This document shows, in pieces, positions 1 through 8,639 of a stretch of 64,000 nucleotides of DNA. This stretch comes from Candidatus Nomurabacteria bacterium RIFCSPHIGHO2_12_FULL_42_19. Lineage in GTDB: Bacteria; Patescibacteriota; Minisyncoccia; Phycocordibacterales; UBA9973. The stretch is from the NCBI GenBank assembly GCA_001786955.1, contig MFUM01000005.1:24645-88644 (forward strand), given 5' to 3'. The translations under genes and the position numbers were made by a program. The notes beneath the pieces were generated by a model that was not told the DNA's origin, searched no databases, and was given only the letters and a program-made list of their open reading frames with translations. The first letter of the stretch is position 1. Each line of letters opens with the position of its first letter.

Positions 1-1227
1 GAAAAGCCGATTATTCCTATTGTGGGAAAAATGGAAAAATGCGGGATTCTGATAGATAAGAAATATTTTGAGAAATTGTCCGGCGAATATCATAAAGAAT
101 TAGACCTTCTGGTTAAAAAAATATACAAGATAGCGGGCACGGAGTTTAATATTAATTCTCCGAAACAATTAGGAGAAGTGCTTTTCGGGAAAATGGGCAT
201 AAGGTCAGGCAAAAAAAAGAATACCAGCGGATCTTTCTCCACCAAAGTTTCAGTTTTGGAAGAACTGGAAGAAGATAATCCGATTATAAAAGAAATTTTA
301 GCCTATCGGGAATTGCAGAAACTGCTTTCCACTTATATCGATGTAATTCCAAAAATGGCCGGCAAAGACGGCCGATTGCATGCCAGATTCCTGCAAAACG
401 GCACAACGACCGGCCGATTTTCTTCACAAGATCCGAATTTACAGAATTTGCCGATAAAAACGGAGCTTGGCAGGAGAATCCGGGGCGGTTTTATAGCGCA
501 AAAAGGCCATAAGCTAGCCGCTTTTGACTATAGCCAGATTGAATTAAGAGTGGCAACCATGCTCTCGGGAGATAAAAAATTAACACAGATTTTTCGCGAC
601 AAAAAAGATGTTCATGCCGGTGTCGCTTCTTTTGTATTTGGCGTGCCGTTGGAGCGGGTTGACGGCGAAATGCGCCGCCGCGCGAAAGTTATCAACTTCG
701 GCATTATTTATGGTATGGGCGTATCCGCTTTACGCAAAAATCTCGGGGGTACGCGCGAAGAAGCGCAAAAATTTTATGATAATTATTTTAACCAATTCTC
801 GGGTGTGCGGGATTATTTGGAAAATGTAAAAGAATTTGCCCTGAAGCATTCTTATACGGAAACATTGTTCGGCCGCCGCCGTTATTTTCCGAATATTAAT
901 TCCAGAATTCCTTTTTTGAAAAATATGGCAGAACGGACTGCCATCAATGCGCCGATTCAGGGCACGGCCGCTGATATTATTAAGCTTGCCATCAGGTATG
1001 CCGAAGAAGATCTGAAGAAAATGGGAATTCTGGATGAGGTTCATTTAGTGCTTCAAATCCACGATGAATTGGTTTACGAAATCAACGAGAATGTATTACC
1101 GCAGGCTGATGAAATAATAAAAAATGCCATGGAAAATGTGTTAGAAAGGTCGTATTTGCGCTACAAAACCGATGTTCCTCTCCTGGTGCATTCCGGTTTT
1201 GGAAATAATTTCGGGGAAGTAAAATAA
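1..1227 (+). CDS. polA: DNA polymerase I, C-terminal polymerase domain (5' truncated by window)
   Basis: Family A motifs TGRFSSQDPNLQN, DYSQIELR, KVINFGIIYG, QIHDEL. Confidence 0.97.
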   Translation, partial: EKPIIPIVGKMEKCGILIDKKYFEKLSGEYHKELDLLVKKIYKIAGTEFNINSPKQLGEVLFGKMGIRSGKKKNTSGSFSTKVSVLEELEEDNPIIKEILAYRELQKLLSTYIDVIPKMAGKDGRLHARFLQNGTTTGRFSSQDPNLQNLPIKTELGRRIRGGFIAQKGHKLAAFDYSQIELRVATMLSGDKKLTQIFRDKKDVHAGVASFVFGVPLERVDGEMRRRAKVINFGIIYGMGVSALRKNLGGTREEAQKFYDNYFNQFSGVRDYLENVKEFALKHSYTETLFGRRRYFPNINSRIPFLKNMAERTAINAPIQGTAADIIKLAIRYAEEDLKKMGILDEVHLVLQIHDELVYEINENVLPQADEIIKNAMENVLERSYLRYKTDVPLLVHSGFGNNFGEVK

Positions 1228-1250
1228 GACATTTGTGATATAATAAACAA

Positions 1251-1721
1251 ATGGAAAACCATAATAAAAACTATCCTGAAAAACAAAGCGTCCATAAGAT
1301 TTTAGCGCACTCTTATTCCGCTTATTTCCTTTTTTTTCTGATTAGTGTCTGCCTGGACCTGATTTTTAATTTTAAAATTTCCAGCAGTCCTTTTGTGGCA
1401 TTTCTGGGGGCTTTCTTTTTGGTAATTGGGACATTTTTGATTCTCTGGGCGCAGAAAACATCGCGGAATTTAAAAAAAGAAAATGTCAGCAAAGAAACCT
1501 TTTACCACGGACCTTATTGTTTTACCAGGACCCCCACCCATTTTGGCCTTTCTTTCCTGATGCTGGGATTTGGAATGATAGCTAATGCTTTTTTTGTTGT
1601 TGTCTTTGCGGTTTTTTCTTTTATTGTCGCGAAATTCTTCTTTTTAGGCAAAGAAGAAAAAATTCTTGCCGAAAAATATGGCGCCCCTTATTTGGAATAC
1701 AAAAAAATGGTCAAGTTTTAA
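1251..1721 (+). CDS. Isoprenylcysteine carboxyl methyltransferase / PEMT-family membrane protein
   Basis: Hydrophobic helices; GPY..TR.P and EE..L..KYG..Y..YKK.V motifs. Confidence 0.75.
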   Translation: MENHNKNYPEKQSVHKILAHSYSAYFLFFLISVCLDLIFNFKISSSPFVAFLGAFFLVIGTFLILWAQKTSRNLKKENVSKETFYHGPYCFTRTPTHFGLSFLMLGFGMIANAFFVVVFAVFSFIVAKFFFLGKEEKILAEKYGAPYLEYKKMVKF

Positions 1722-1735
1722 TTCATTAAATATTT

Positions 1736-2401
1736 ATGCTGTATCTTTTTTCCGGCGACGATACTAAAAATAAAACTTTGAGTTATGAAAAATTCATGGA
1801 ATCCCTGACTGTGCAGGCAGGCATGCCGGGCGGCACGGAGACTTTTTTTATAAATAGAAATGATTTTGATCCGGTCCAAATTGAGAGTTTTTATTCGGGC
1901 GCCAGCCTTTTTTCCGCCTCATGCGCGGTTCTTTTTCAAGATGTTTTTGAGCGGGAGGAAACGCGTGATTTCATTTTAGGCAAACTGGCATTCATGAGCC
2001 AATCGGGAAACTCTTTCGTATTTCTGGAGGGGAAATTAAACAAACCTATTCTTGATGCTTTTAAAAAGGCTAGAGCGGAAATAAATATCTTTGAGCTTCC
2101 AAAGGAAAAACTAGAGAAGTTTAATACCTTTCTTTTGGCCAACGCTTTTGGTGAAAAAGACAAATTGAACCTCTGGATATACTTTCGGCAGGCGCTTTCC
2201 AGGGGAGTAAGTTTGGAAGAAATAGTAGGAGTGCTTTTTTGGAAAATCAAAGACCTGCTTTTAAGAAAGAATTTTAGCAAATTCTCCGAAGGACAACTTA
2301 AGGCCTTTGCTTCTAAAATCTCCTATCTTTTGCCGGAAGCCCGGAAAAAAGGCCTGGATGCCGAATCCGCCTTGGAGCAGTTCCTGCTTGAAGCTTTTTA
2401 A
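1736..2401 (+). CDS. DNA polymerase III delta subunit (HolA)-like protein, short form
   Basis: N-terminal YLFSGDD, SLF motif and helical C-terminus typical of HolA. Confidence 0.6.
   Translation: MLYLFSGDDTKNKTLSYEKFMESLTVQAGMPGGTETFFINRNDFDPVQIESFYSGASLFSASCAVLFQDVFEREETRDFILGKLAFMSQSGNSFVFLEGKLNKPILDAFKKARAEINIFELPKEKLEKFNTFLLANAFGEKDKLNLWIYFRQALSRGVSLEEIVGVLFWKIKDLLLRKNFSKFSEGQLKAFASKISYLLPEARKKGLDAESALEQFLLEAF
1804..1821. repeat. 18-bp palindromic element inserted in frame (LTVQAG)
   Basis: CCTGACTGTGCAGGCAGG; near-identical copies at 43466 and 55572. Confidence 0.8.
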
Positions 2402-2463
2402 TTTATTTTTTACCTTGATTTTTGGCCTTATTTCGTATATATTTTATATTCAAACGAAGAAAT

Positions 2464-2537
2464 GCGCCCGTAGCTGTTTTGGTAGGTCGTTAGATTATAT
2501 GCGCCCGTAGCTGTTTTGGTAGGTCGTTAGATTATAT
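2464..2537 (+). repeat. Two 37-bp tandem units upstream of tRNA-Lys (tRNA 5' 12 nt + GTTTTGGTAGGTCGTT + AGATTATAT)
   Basis: Exact units at 2464-2500 and 2501-2537; the third GCGCCCGTAGCT begins the tRNA. Confidence 0.95.
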
Positions 2538-2610
2538 GCGCCCGTAGCTCAGCTGGTAGAGCAGATCCCTTTTAAGGATAAGGTCCTCGGTTCGATCCCG
2601 AGCGGGCGCA
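2538..2610 (+). tRNA. tRNA-Lys(UUU)
   Basis: Cloverleaf GCGCCCG/CGGGCGC, anticodon loop CTTTTAA, T-loop TTCGATC; no encoded CCA. Confidence 0.96.
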
Positions 2611-2706
2611 CAAAATGTTAAGACATTTTGTGCGGGCCGCAGGCCTGACGAGGCCGAGGCGGGGTCGCGCAAAAATTTAGTAAAATTTTATGGGTGACCA
2701 CAAAGT
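2607..2706 (+). repeat. Multi-hairpin gene-end element (family with 45838-45943)
   Basis: CGCACAAAATGT/ACATTTTGTGCG hairpin, GGCCTGACGAGGCC-GAGG, then GGTCGC..AAAATTT-AGT-AAAATTTT..GTGACC hairpin. Confidence 0.65.
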
Positions 2707-4449
2707 ATGGAAACGAGAATTTGTCAAAATTGCAAAAAAAATTTCACTGTAAAACCTGATGATTTTTCTTTTTACGAAAAATTAAAAGTTCCTTCACCCT
2801 CTTGGTGCCCCCATTGCAGATTTATACGGAGACTAACATTTATAAATCATCGCTCTCTTTATAAACGTACCTGTGAGAATTGTCACAATAATACTATTTC
2901 TATGTATCATCCTAATACACCCATAATTGTGTGGTGCGTGAAGTGCTATATAAGTGATACGTGGGATGCCCGAGATTATGCCCAGGAGTACAACTTTTCC
3001 AAAACATTTTTTAAACAATACAAAGAGTTAAAACAAAGCATCCCGCATAGAGCACTAGATCAGAATGAAAAAAACGGTACTGGCTGTGAATATTCCAACT
3101 TATGTTACACCAGCAAAAATATATATCTTTCTTTTGATGTGGGTGGTTCTGAGGATATTAAGTATTCAAGCTATGTTTTTAAAAATAACAAAAATTGTAT
3201 TGATTCTTTATTTATTAAAGAAAACGATCGATGCTACGAGCTCGTGCAGGCAATTTTGAATTATAATTCGTCTTTTCTAATTGAAAGTGATCAATGTATT
3301 GATTCGCATTTTCTATATGATTGCTCCAATTGCGTTAATTGTTGCCTATCTTCAAATATTAGAAACAAAAGTTATATATTTAAAAATAAACAACTAACAA
3401 AAAAAGAATATAAAAACGCTGTTGCGACACTTCAACTTGAAACTTATTCCGGGCAACAAAAAACAGGAAAAGAATTTATCGAAATGGCACAAAAGGCAAT
3501 TCATAAATATGCTCACATAAAAAACTCAGTAAAGACAGTTGGGGATTTTATAGAAAATTCGAAAAATATCTACCACTCTTATGGTCTTGTGGATGCTGAA
3601 AATGCTAAATACATTTTTATAGGCGCAAATACGATTAGAGATTCTCGTGACTTAGTGTCTGTAGGAAGACTTGAAGAATGCTATGAAGCTATTCTTGCGG
3701 GGAGAGGAGGTAGCCGAGTCATTTTTTCATTTAGTTGTGGAGGCGGAAGCAAAAATATTTTTTATTGCGATAGTTGTAGGGGTTGCTCTGACTGCTTCGG
3801 CTGTGTTGGTTTGAGTAAAAAACAATATTATATTTTTAATAAGCAGTATTCCAAAGAAGAGTATTTTAAATTAATTGAAAAAATAAAAAAGCACATGGAT
3901 GATATACCATATATAGATAAAATTGGCCGTAAATATCCTTTTGGCGAATGTTTCCCTACGGAACTTTCCCCGTTTGCTTATAATGAAACTATTGCATTCG
4001 AAGAACACCCTCTATTAAAAAATGAGATAATTGCTTCGGGATACAGATGGAAAGATATGGAAACAAAGTCCTACATTCCAACAATCAAAATAAATGCATT
4101 GCCTGATAGTATTGATGATGTTGCTGATACTATAATAGACGAAATTATAGAATGTCCAAATCAAGGTAAGGTAGAAACACAATGCACTTCGGCATATAGG
4201 ATATTACCTGACGAATTGTCATTCTATAGACAAATGAATCTACCGATACCTAGATTTTGCCCTAATTGCCGATATCATGCTCGTTTAGTGTGGAAGAACC
4301 CTTTTAATTTTTATGAACGAGAATGTATGTGTGAATTGAACAATCACAACCACCAAACAAAATGCCTGAATACATTTGAAACAATGTATGCCCCAGATAG
4401 ACCCGAATTAATTTTTTGCAAGGAATGCTATCAAGCTGAGATTTCTTAA
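2707..4449 (+). CDS. Cys-rich hypothetical protein with several Zn-ribbon-like CxxC pairs and a central repeat region (type common in CPR)
   Basis: CQNC, CPHC, CENC, CVKC at the N-terminus; CSNCVNCC and CDSCRGCSDCFGC repeats; CPNC and CKEC at the C-terminus. Confidence 0.8.
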   Translation: METRICQNCKKNFTVKPDDFSFYEKLKVPSPSWCPHCRFIRRLTFINHRSLYKRTCENCHNNTISMYHPNTPIIVWCVKCYISDTWDARDYAQEYNFSKTFFKQYKELKQSIPHRALDQNEKNGTGCEYSNLCYTSKNIYLSFDVGGSEDIKYSSYVFKNNKNCIDSLFIKENDRCYELVQAILNYNSSFLIESDQCIDSHFLYDCSNCVNCCLSSNIRNKSYIFKNKQLTKKEYKNAVATLQLETYSGQQKTGKEFIEMAQKAIHKYAHIKNSVKTVGDFIENSKNIYHSYGLVDAENAKYIFIGANTIRDSRDLVSVGRLEECYEAILAGRGGSRVIFSFSCGGGSKNIFYCDSCRGCSDCFGCVGLSKKQYYIFNKQYSKEEYFKLIEKIKKHMDDIPYIDKIGRKYPFGECFPTELSPFAYNETIAFEEHPLLKNEIIASGYRWKDMETKSYIPTIKINALPDSIDDVADTIIDEIIECPNQGKVETQCTSAYRILPDELSFYRQMNLPIPRFCPNCRYHARLVWKNPFNFYERECMCELNNHNHQTKCLNTFETMYAPDRPELIFCKECYQAEIS

Positions 4450-4450
4450 T

Positions 4451-4957
4451 ATGAAAACAAGTCTCCTTCGCCAAGGCTCCGGCGGATCAAGGGAAAATAT
4501 AATAATACTGCATAATATCCGAAGCGTATCCAATGTTGGCGCGATGTTCCGCACAGCCGATGCGGCCGGTATTAATAAAATTTATTTGACCGGCTATACC
4601 CCTGCACCGCTTGACCGTTTTGGCAGAAAAAGAGAGGATTTGGCTAAATCTGCTTTAGGCGCGGAGGAGTATGTCAATTGGGAAGCTAAAAAAAACCTAC
4701 CCGCCCTCATGCGTAGCTTACGGCGGGAGAAATATCAAATTATTGCTATTGAACAAGATAAAAAATCAGTTGATTATAAAAAAATTAAGTTAAAACAAAA
4801 AAATGTATTTATTTTCGGCGCCGAAGTGACAGGTATTCCAAAAGATATTCTAAAAAAATGCGACATAATCGCCGAGATTCCTATGCGAGGCAAAAAAGAA
4901 TCACTCAATGTCTCCGTGGCGCTCGGCATAGCACTGTTTGGAATATTAAAAATATAA
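4451..4957 (+). CDS. TrmH/SpoU-family RNA methyltransferase
   Basis: HNIRSVSNVGAMFRTADA, FGAE..GI and IPMRGKKESLNVSVA SPOUT motifs. Confidence 0.93.
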   Translation: MKTSLLRQGSGGSRENIIILHNIRSVSNVGAMFRTADAAGINKIYLTGYTPAPLDRFGRKREDLAKSALGAEEYVNWEAKKNLPALMRSLRREKYQIIAIEQDKKSVDYKKIKLKQKNVFIFGAEVTGIPKDILKKCDIIAEIPMRGKKESLNVSVALGIALFGILKI

Positions 4958-5048
4958 AATAAGGTTTTTGCCGGTACGGATTTTTTGAAGTTTAAAAAAC
5001 CCTGAAATGCTCGGCTCGTCAGCCTCGCAACCCCTTAAAAACCTTATT
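4958..5048 (-). repeat. Hairpin element downstream of mutM (family with 57112-57223)
   Basis: Arms AATAAGGTTTT/AAAACCTTATT; minus-strand core shares TTTAAGGGGT..TTCAGG.TTTTTTAA.CTTCAAAAAATCCGTACCGGCAAAA with the post-fusA element. Confidence 0.8.
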
Positions 5049-5992
5049 TAATATTTTTGATGAAACGAGCAGAAGTGCGCGCTGCGGCCGTTGATGACTT
5101 TTCTTTTGATTATTCCTTTGCAGCCTTTTTTCCTGCATTTTTCTCCCGTGCGCTGGTAGGCCTCGTGATGAAGTTGAAATTTTCCCGGCAAACCATGAAT
5201 GTTGCGGTAGTCAGACATTGAATCTCCGCCAAAGTTGATGCCTTTTGCCAGTATTTCTTTCATAGCCTTAAACATTAATTTTATTTCTTTATCTTTTAAT
5301 TTCGAAATTTTTTGTTCAGGGTTTACTTTTGCTCGCCAAAGCATCTCGTCTGAATAAATATTTCCGATACCGGCAATGATGCTTTGGTCCATCAATATGG
5401 TTTTAATTTTTCCATTCGGTTTTTTGTTCAGGCATTCTTTTAGTTTTTCCAAAGTAAATTTTTTATCCAACGGTTCCGGACCGATATTATTTAAATGCTT
5501 AGATTGATGAGCAGTATAACTATCAAGCAGGGTAATCTTTCCAAATTTGCGTGCATCTGAAAAAGCCAGATGTTTCTTGTTTGAAAAAACAAAAATTGCG
5601 TGAATAAATCTATTATAGGGGTCGTTGAGAGGGCCCTTTTCTGAAGGAATCCATGACCCCACCCTTCGCCCTCCCCTTGTTAAGGGGAGGGTTGGGGAGG
5701 GGTGGAATTTATATTTTCCATATAATAAATGCCCCGTCATTTTCAGATGCACTAAAATAGTTTTGCCGTCTGAGGTATTTATTAAGATATTTTTCGCCCG
5801 CCTTTCAACCGACAAAATTTTTTTATTTAAAATTTCTTTTTTGAAAACCACAAAAAACTTAAGATTGGCGATTGAGCTTTTTTGGCGTTTGTCCTTGGTC
5901 GCCAAATCAGTCCAGACATTTTTTATAGTCAGGCCTAAGATTGTCTTTCTTAATCCTTTGACGGTTGTTTCAACTTCCGGCAATTCCGGCAT
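5048..5992 (-). CDS. mutM: Formamidopyrimidine-DNA glycosylase
   Basis: MPELPEVET start, HLKMTG, D.RKFG, GIGNIYSDE, C-terminal Zn finger. Confidence 0.96.
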   Translation of the reverse strand: MPELPEVETTVKGLRKTILGLTIKNVWTDLATKDKRQKSSIANLKFFVVFKKEILNKKILSVERRAKNILINTSDGKTILVHLKMTGHLLYGKYKFHPSPTLPLTRGGRRVGSWIPSEKGPLNDPYNRFIHAIFVFSNKKHLAFSDARKFGKITLLDSYTAHQSKHLNNIGPEPLDKKFTLEKLKECLNKKPNGKIKTILMDQSIIAGIGNIYSDEMLWRAKVNPEQKISKLKDKEIKLMFKAMKEILAKGINFGGDSMSDYRNIHGLPGKFQLHHEAYQRTGEKCRKKGCKGIIKRKVINGRSAHFCSFHQKY

Positions 5993-6006
5993 GGTATAAT
6001 CATACT

Positions 6007-6843
6007 ATGAAGAAGATATTATTAATAATTTTATTTCTTGGTTTTATTTTAATTCCAATATTTTTTGTCTATGCCCAGGAAACAATCAAAATATTGCTGG
6101 TGCCGGGACATGACGATGAAGTCTGGGGAGCGCAGTATGGAAATATGAAAGAAGCCGACATGACTCTAGCCTTGGCGACCAAGATTTATAATCTTTTAAA
6201 AAAGGATGAAAAATTTGAAGTTTATATCACCCGCAGTTCGGAAGGTTATACAAAAGAATTTGCGGATTATTTTGCCGACCGCCAGGCGGACGTGGTATCT
6301 TTCAAGGAAAATGCCAAAAAAGAAATGCAAAGCAAGGTTGACAACGGGAGTTTTATTCAAAAAACAAATCCTCCGCACAATAGAGTGAGCGAAGATATGG
6401 CTATAAGATTATATGGATTCAATAAATGGGCAAATGAAAATAAGATGGACGCGGTCATTCATATTCATTTTAACGACTATCCCAGGCCGAAGAAGTGGAC
6501 CATAGGAAAGTACAGAGGTTTTGTTATTTATATACCGGAAGGCCAAATGGTAAACTGGATGGGAAGCGGGCAGCTTGCCGCCAATATTTTTATACAATTA
6601 AATAAAAAATATGCGACGAGTAATTATGAAAAAGAACTGGGCGGACTGACTCCGGACCAAACACTGATAGCCCTGGGTTCAAACGGCACGTTGAATGCCG
6701 GCGCCCGATCGGTTCTTGTAGAGTATGGCTATATTTACGAAAAAAAATTTAGAACAAAAAATACCCGAGAACAAACTTATAAAAACATGGCGCAACTCAC
6801 CGTCACGGGTGTAAAAAAATATTTCTTCAAGAACGGTCCTTAA
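6007..6843 (+). CDS. N-acetylmuramoyl-L-alanine amidase (Amidase_3) with signal peptide
   Basis: LLVPGHD, E, IHIHFN and SVLVEYGY motifs; ATG at 6007 follows TGGTATAAT. Confidence 0.8.
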   Translation: MKKILLIILFLGFILIPIFFVYAQETIKILLVPGHDDEVWGAQYGNMKEADMTLALATKIYNLLKKDEKFEVYITRSSEGYTKEFADYFADRQADVVSFKENAKKEMQSKVDNGSFIQKTNPPHNRVSEDMAIRLYGFNKWANENKMDAVIHIHFNDYPRPKKWTIGKYRGFVIYIPEGQMVNWMGSGQLAANIFIQLNKKYATSNYEKELGGLTPDQTLIALGSNGTLNAGARSVLVEYGYIYEKKFRTKNTREQTYKNMAQLTVTGVKKYFFKNGP

Positions 6844-6868
6844 GAGAATTTCCCAAGGACCGTTCTTA
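6828..6868. terminator. Hairpin between the convergent amidase and ruvA genes
   Basis: AAGAACGGTCCTT ... AAGGACCGTTCTT inverted repeat overlapping the amidase stop. Confidence 0.6.
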
Positions 6869-6869
6869 T

Positions 6870-7469
6870 CTATTTCCCGCTTAGTATTTTCAACGCTTCG
6901 CGAATTTTGGCATTGGTATTCGTGTCGGGAACCTCGCCCGTACGGCCATGGCCGAGGGAGATTTTTTTCAAAGCTTCACGGGCTTCATTTTGAGAATAAC
7001 CGAGTGATTTTAAAGCTTCCAAGGCATCCAATTCTCCCTGCAGGGAAATCCCTCCTTTTTCATCCTTCATTTTTTCCGCAATTTTATCTCGCAGTTCAAT
7101 CACGATTTTTTCCGCAGTTTTCTTGCCGATGCCGGATATTTTCGTAAGATAACCCGTATCGCCCGTGCCAATGGCTTTTTTTAATGTTTCAATTGACGTA
7201 ATTCCCAAAATAGCGAGAGCCCCCTTCGGTCCGATGCCGGAAACATTTATAAGCATTTCAAAAAATTCCAATTCTTCCCGGTTTAAAAATCCATATAAAT
7301 CCAGCATATCTTCCCGCACGTGAGTGTGAATCCAAAGCATTATCTCTGTCTTTTTTGCTTTAGAGAATACATCACTTGAGACATTTATCTTATAACCGAC
7401 TCCATTTGTCTCAACTATTAAAAACTTTTCCGTTCTTAAAACTATTTTTCCTTTTATGCTTCCGATCAT
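6870..7469 (-). CDS. ruvA: Holliday junction branch migration protein RuvA
   Basis: GVGY, HVRED..DLYGF, VSGIGPK, GIGKKTAEKIVIEL, ALKSLGY. Confidence 0.96.
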   Translation of the reverse strand: MIGSIKGKIVLRTEKFLIVETNGVGYKINVSSDVFSKAKKTEIMLWIHTHVREDMLDLYGFLNREELEFFEMLINVSGIGPKGALAILGITSIETLKKAIGTGDTGYLTKISGIGKKTAEKIVIELRDKIAEKMKDEKGGISLQGELDALEALKSLGYSQNEAREALKKISLGHGRTGEVPDTNTNAKIREALKILSGK

Positions 7470-7540
7470 GGATTAATCATAACATATCCCGCCGAATACG
7501 GGCATTTGCGTTTTCTGGATATTTTTGATATGTTTACACC

Positions 7541-7792
7541 ATGCCAATTACACAATCAGCCAAAAAAGCAATCCGCGGCTCGCTGCGCAAGAAAGCTTTC
7601 AATGACCAAAGAAAGCGGGTAATGAAAGAAATAATCAAGAAAATTGAGAAAATTGCCAAAACCGACAAAGCTGAAGTTGTGAAAATGCTGAGCTCCGCTT
7701 TTCAGGCCATAGACAAGGCGGCGCAAAAGGGCGTGATTAAAAAGAACAACGCCGCCCGCAAGAAATCCCGTTTATCAAAATTGGTTCGTTAG
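7541..7792 (+). CDS. rpsT: 30S ribosomal protein S20
   Basis: SAKKAIR, IDKAAQKGVIKKNNAARKKSRL. Confidence 0.96.
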   Translation: MPITQSAKKAIRGSLRKKAFNDQRKRVMKEIIKKIEKIAKTDKAEVVKMLSSAFQAIDKAAQKGVIKKNNAARKKSRLSKLVR

Positions 7793-7928
7793 GATTTGTT
7801 GTTTATAAAGCAATCTGTCTAGCCAAGCTTGGCTAGCGAACTGCTCGTCGATCAAGAAAATAATAAGCCGAATACGCCTTTTATTTTCTAATCTCCTGCG
7901 CAAGGCTTTCTAAACAACAAATCCCAAC
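7788..7928. repeat. ~140-bp foldback element after rpsT
   Basis: Arms GTTAGGATTTGTTGTTTATAAAGC / GCTTTCTAAACAACAAATCCCAAC; internal palindrome CTAGCCAAGCTTGGCTAG. Confidence 0.8.
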
Positions 7929-7943
7929 CCCCTTTAATTTTTT

Positions 7944-8222
7944 ATGAACCACCTTCTTGAATTTTATGGAACCGAATGCCCGCATTGCGTGAGTATGCAT
8001 AAGTTGGTGGAAAAATTAGAAAAAGAAGAGGGGATAAAAGTTGAAAGTTTGGAAGTTTGGCACAATAAAGAAAACGAAAAGCGTCTGCTGGAGTTGGATA
8101 AAGAATTTTGCGGCGGCGTACCTTTTTTCTATAATCTGAAAACCAAGAAATGGATTTGCGGGGAGGGGAATTATGAGACACTGAAAAAATGGGCGAAAGG
8201 AGAAGAATTTACACAAGAATAA
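7944..8222 (+). CDS. Thioredoxin/glutaredoxin-like protein
   Basis: FYGTECPHC active site, GVPFF cis-Pro motif. Confidence 0.85.
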   Translation: MNHLLEFYGTECPHCVSMHKLVEKLEKEEGIKVESLEVWHNKENEKRLLELDKEFCGGVPFFYNLKTKKWICGEGNYETLKKWAKGEEFTQE

Positions 8223-8226
8223 TACA

Positions 8227-8260
8227 AATTAAAAAAGCCCCATACGGGGCTTTTTTAATT
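8227..8260. terminator. Bidirectional intrinsic terminator
   Basis: AATTAAAAAAGCCCC-ATAC-GGGGCTTTTTTAATT between convergent genes. Confidence 0.9.
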
Positions 8261-8271
8261 TGGAGAGAATA

Positions 8272-8469
8272 TTATGCGCGTTGGACGTTCACAGCATTCA
8301 ATCCCTTTGGTGACTCTTCTGTTTCAAAAGAAACAGCATCACCTTCTTTGAGCTCGTCAAAGGTTACGCCAACCAAAGAATTGCTGTGAAAGAATAAATC
8401 TTTCGCAAGGCCTTCTCCGGTTATAAAGCCGAAACCTTTATCAGTGAGTCTTTTTATTGTACCAGTCAT
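8272..8469 (-). CDS. Cold-shock protein
   Basis: KGFGFI (RNP1), DLFFH (RNP2), KGLNAVNV. Confidence 0.95.
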   Translation of the reverse strand: MTGTIKRLTDKGFGFITGEGLAKDLFFHSNSLVGVTFDELKEGDAVSFETEESPKGLNAVNVQRA

Positions 8470-8482
8470 TGATTTTTTTTAG

Positions 8483-8527
8483 CCCCGACGCCCTTATGGA
8501 GTCGGGATCCCGACTTTACGTCGGGAT
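8483..8527. repeat. Tandem CCCGAC...GTCGGG hairpins upstream of the csp start codon
   Basis: CCCCGACGCCCTTATGGAGTCGGG followed by ATCCCGACTTTACGTCGGGAT. Confidence 0.7.
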
Positions 8528-8639
8528 TAATTAATAATTACAAATAGATATACGTAAGAAATCGACTTTAATTTACTCTTCTTGCACCTACTTTGTCTCA
8601 CGAGTATAGCATAATAGACACCCATTTGTCAAGCTAATT

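Noticed and set aside
2307-2510. 67-aa ORF running into the tRNA-Lys repeats
   Set aside because: Overlaps the holA-like gene in another frame and shows no protein features
2464-2537. CRISPR array interpretation of the GTTTTGGTAG repeats (also 21538-21619)
   Set aside because: Only two units per locus, intervening sequences are identical within a locus and derive from the adjacent tRNA, the repeat is only 16 nt, and there are no cas genes in the window
2641-2660. CTGACGA resembling a hammerhead ribozyme core (also in the 4958-5048 element)
   Set aside because: It sits in a closed hairpin, and I could not place the GAAA and stem III/UH in the required arrangement
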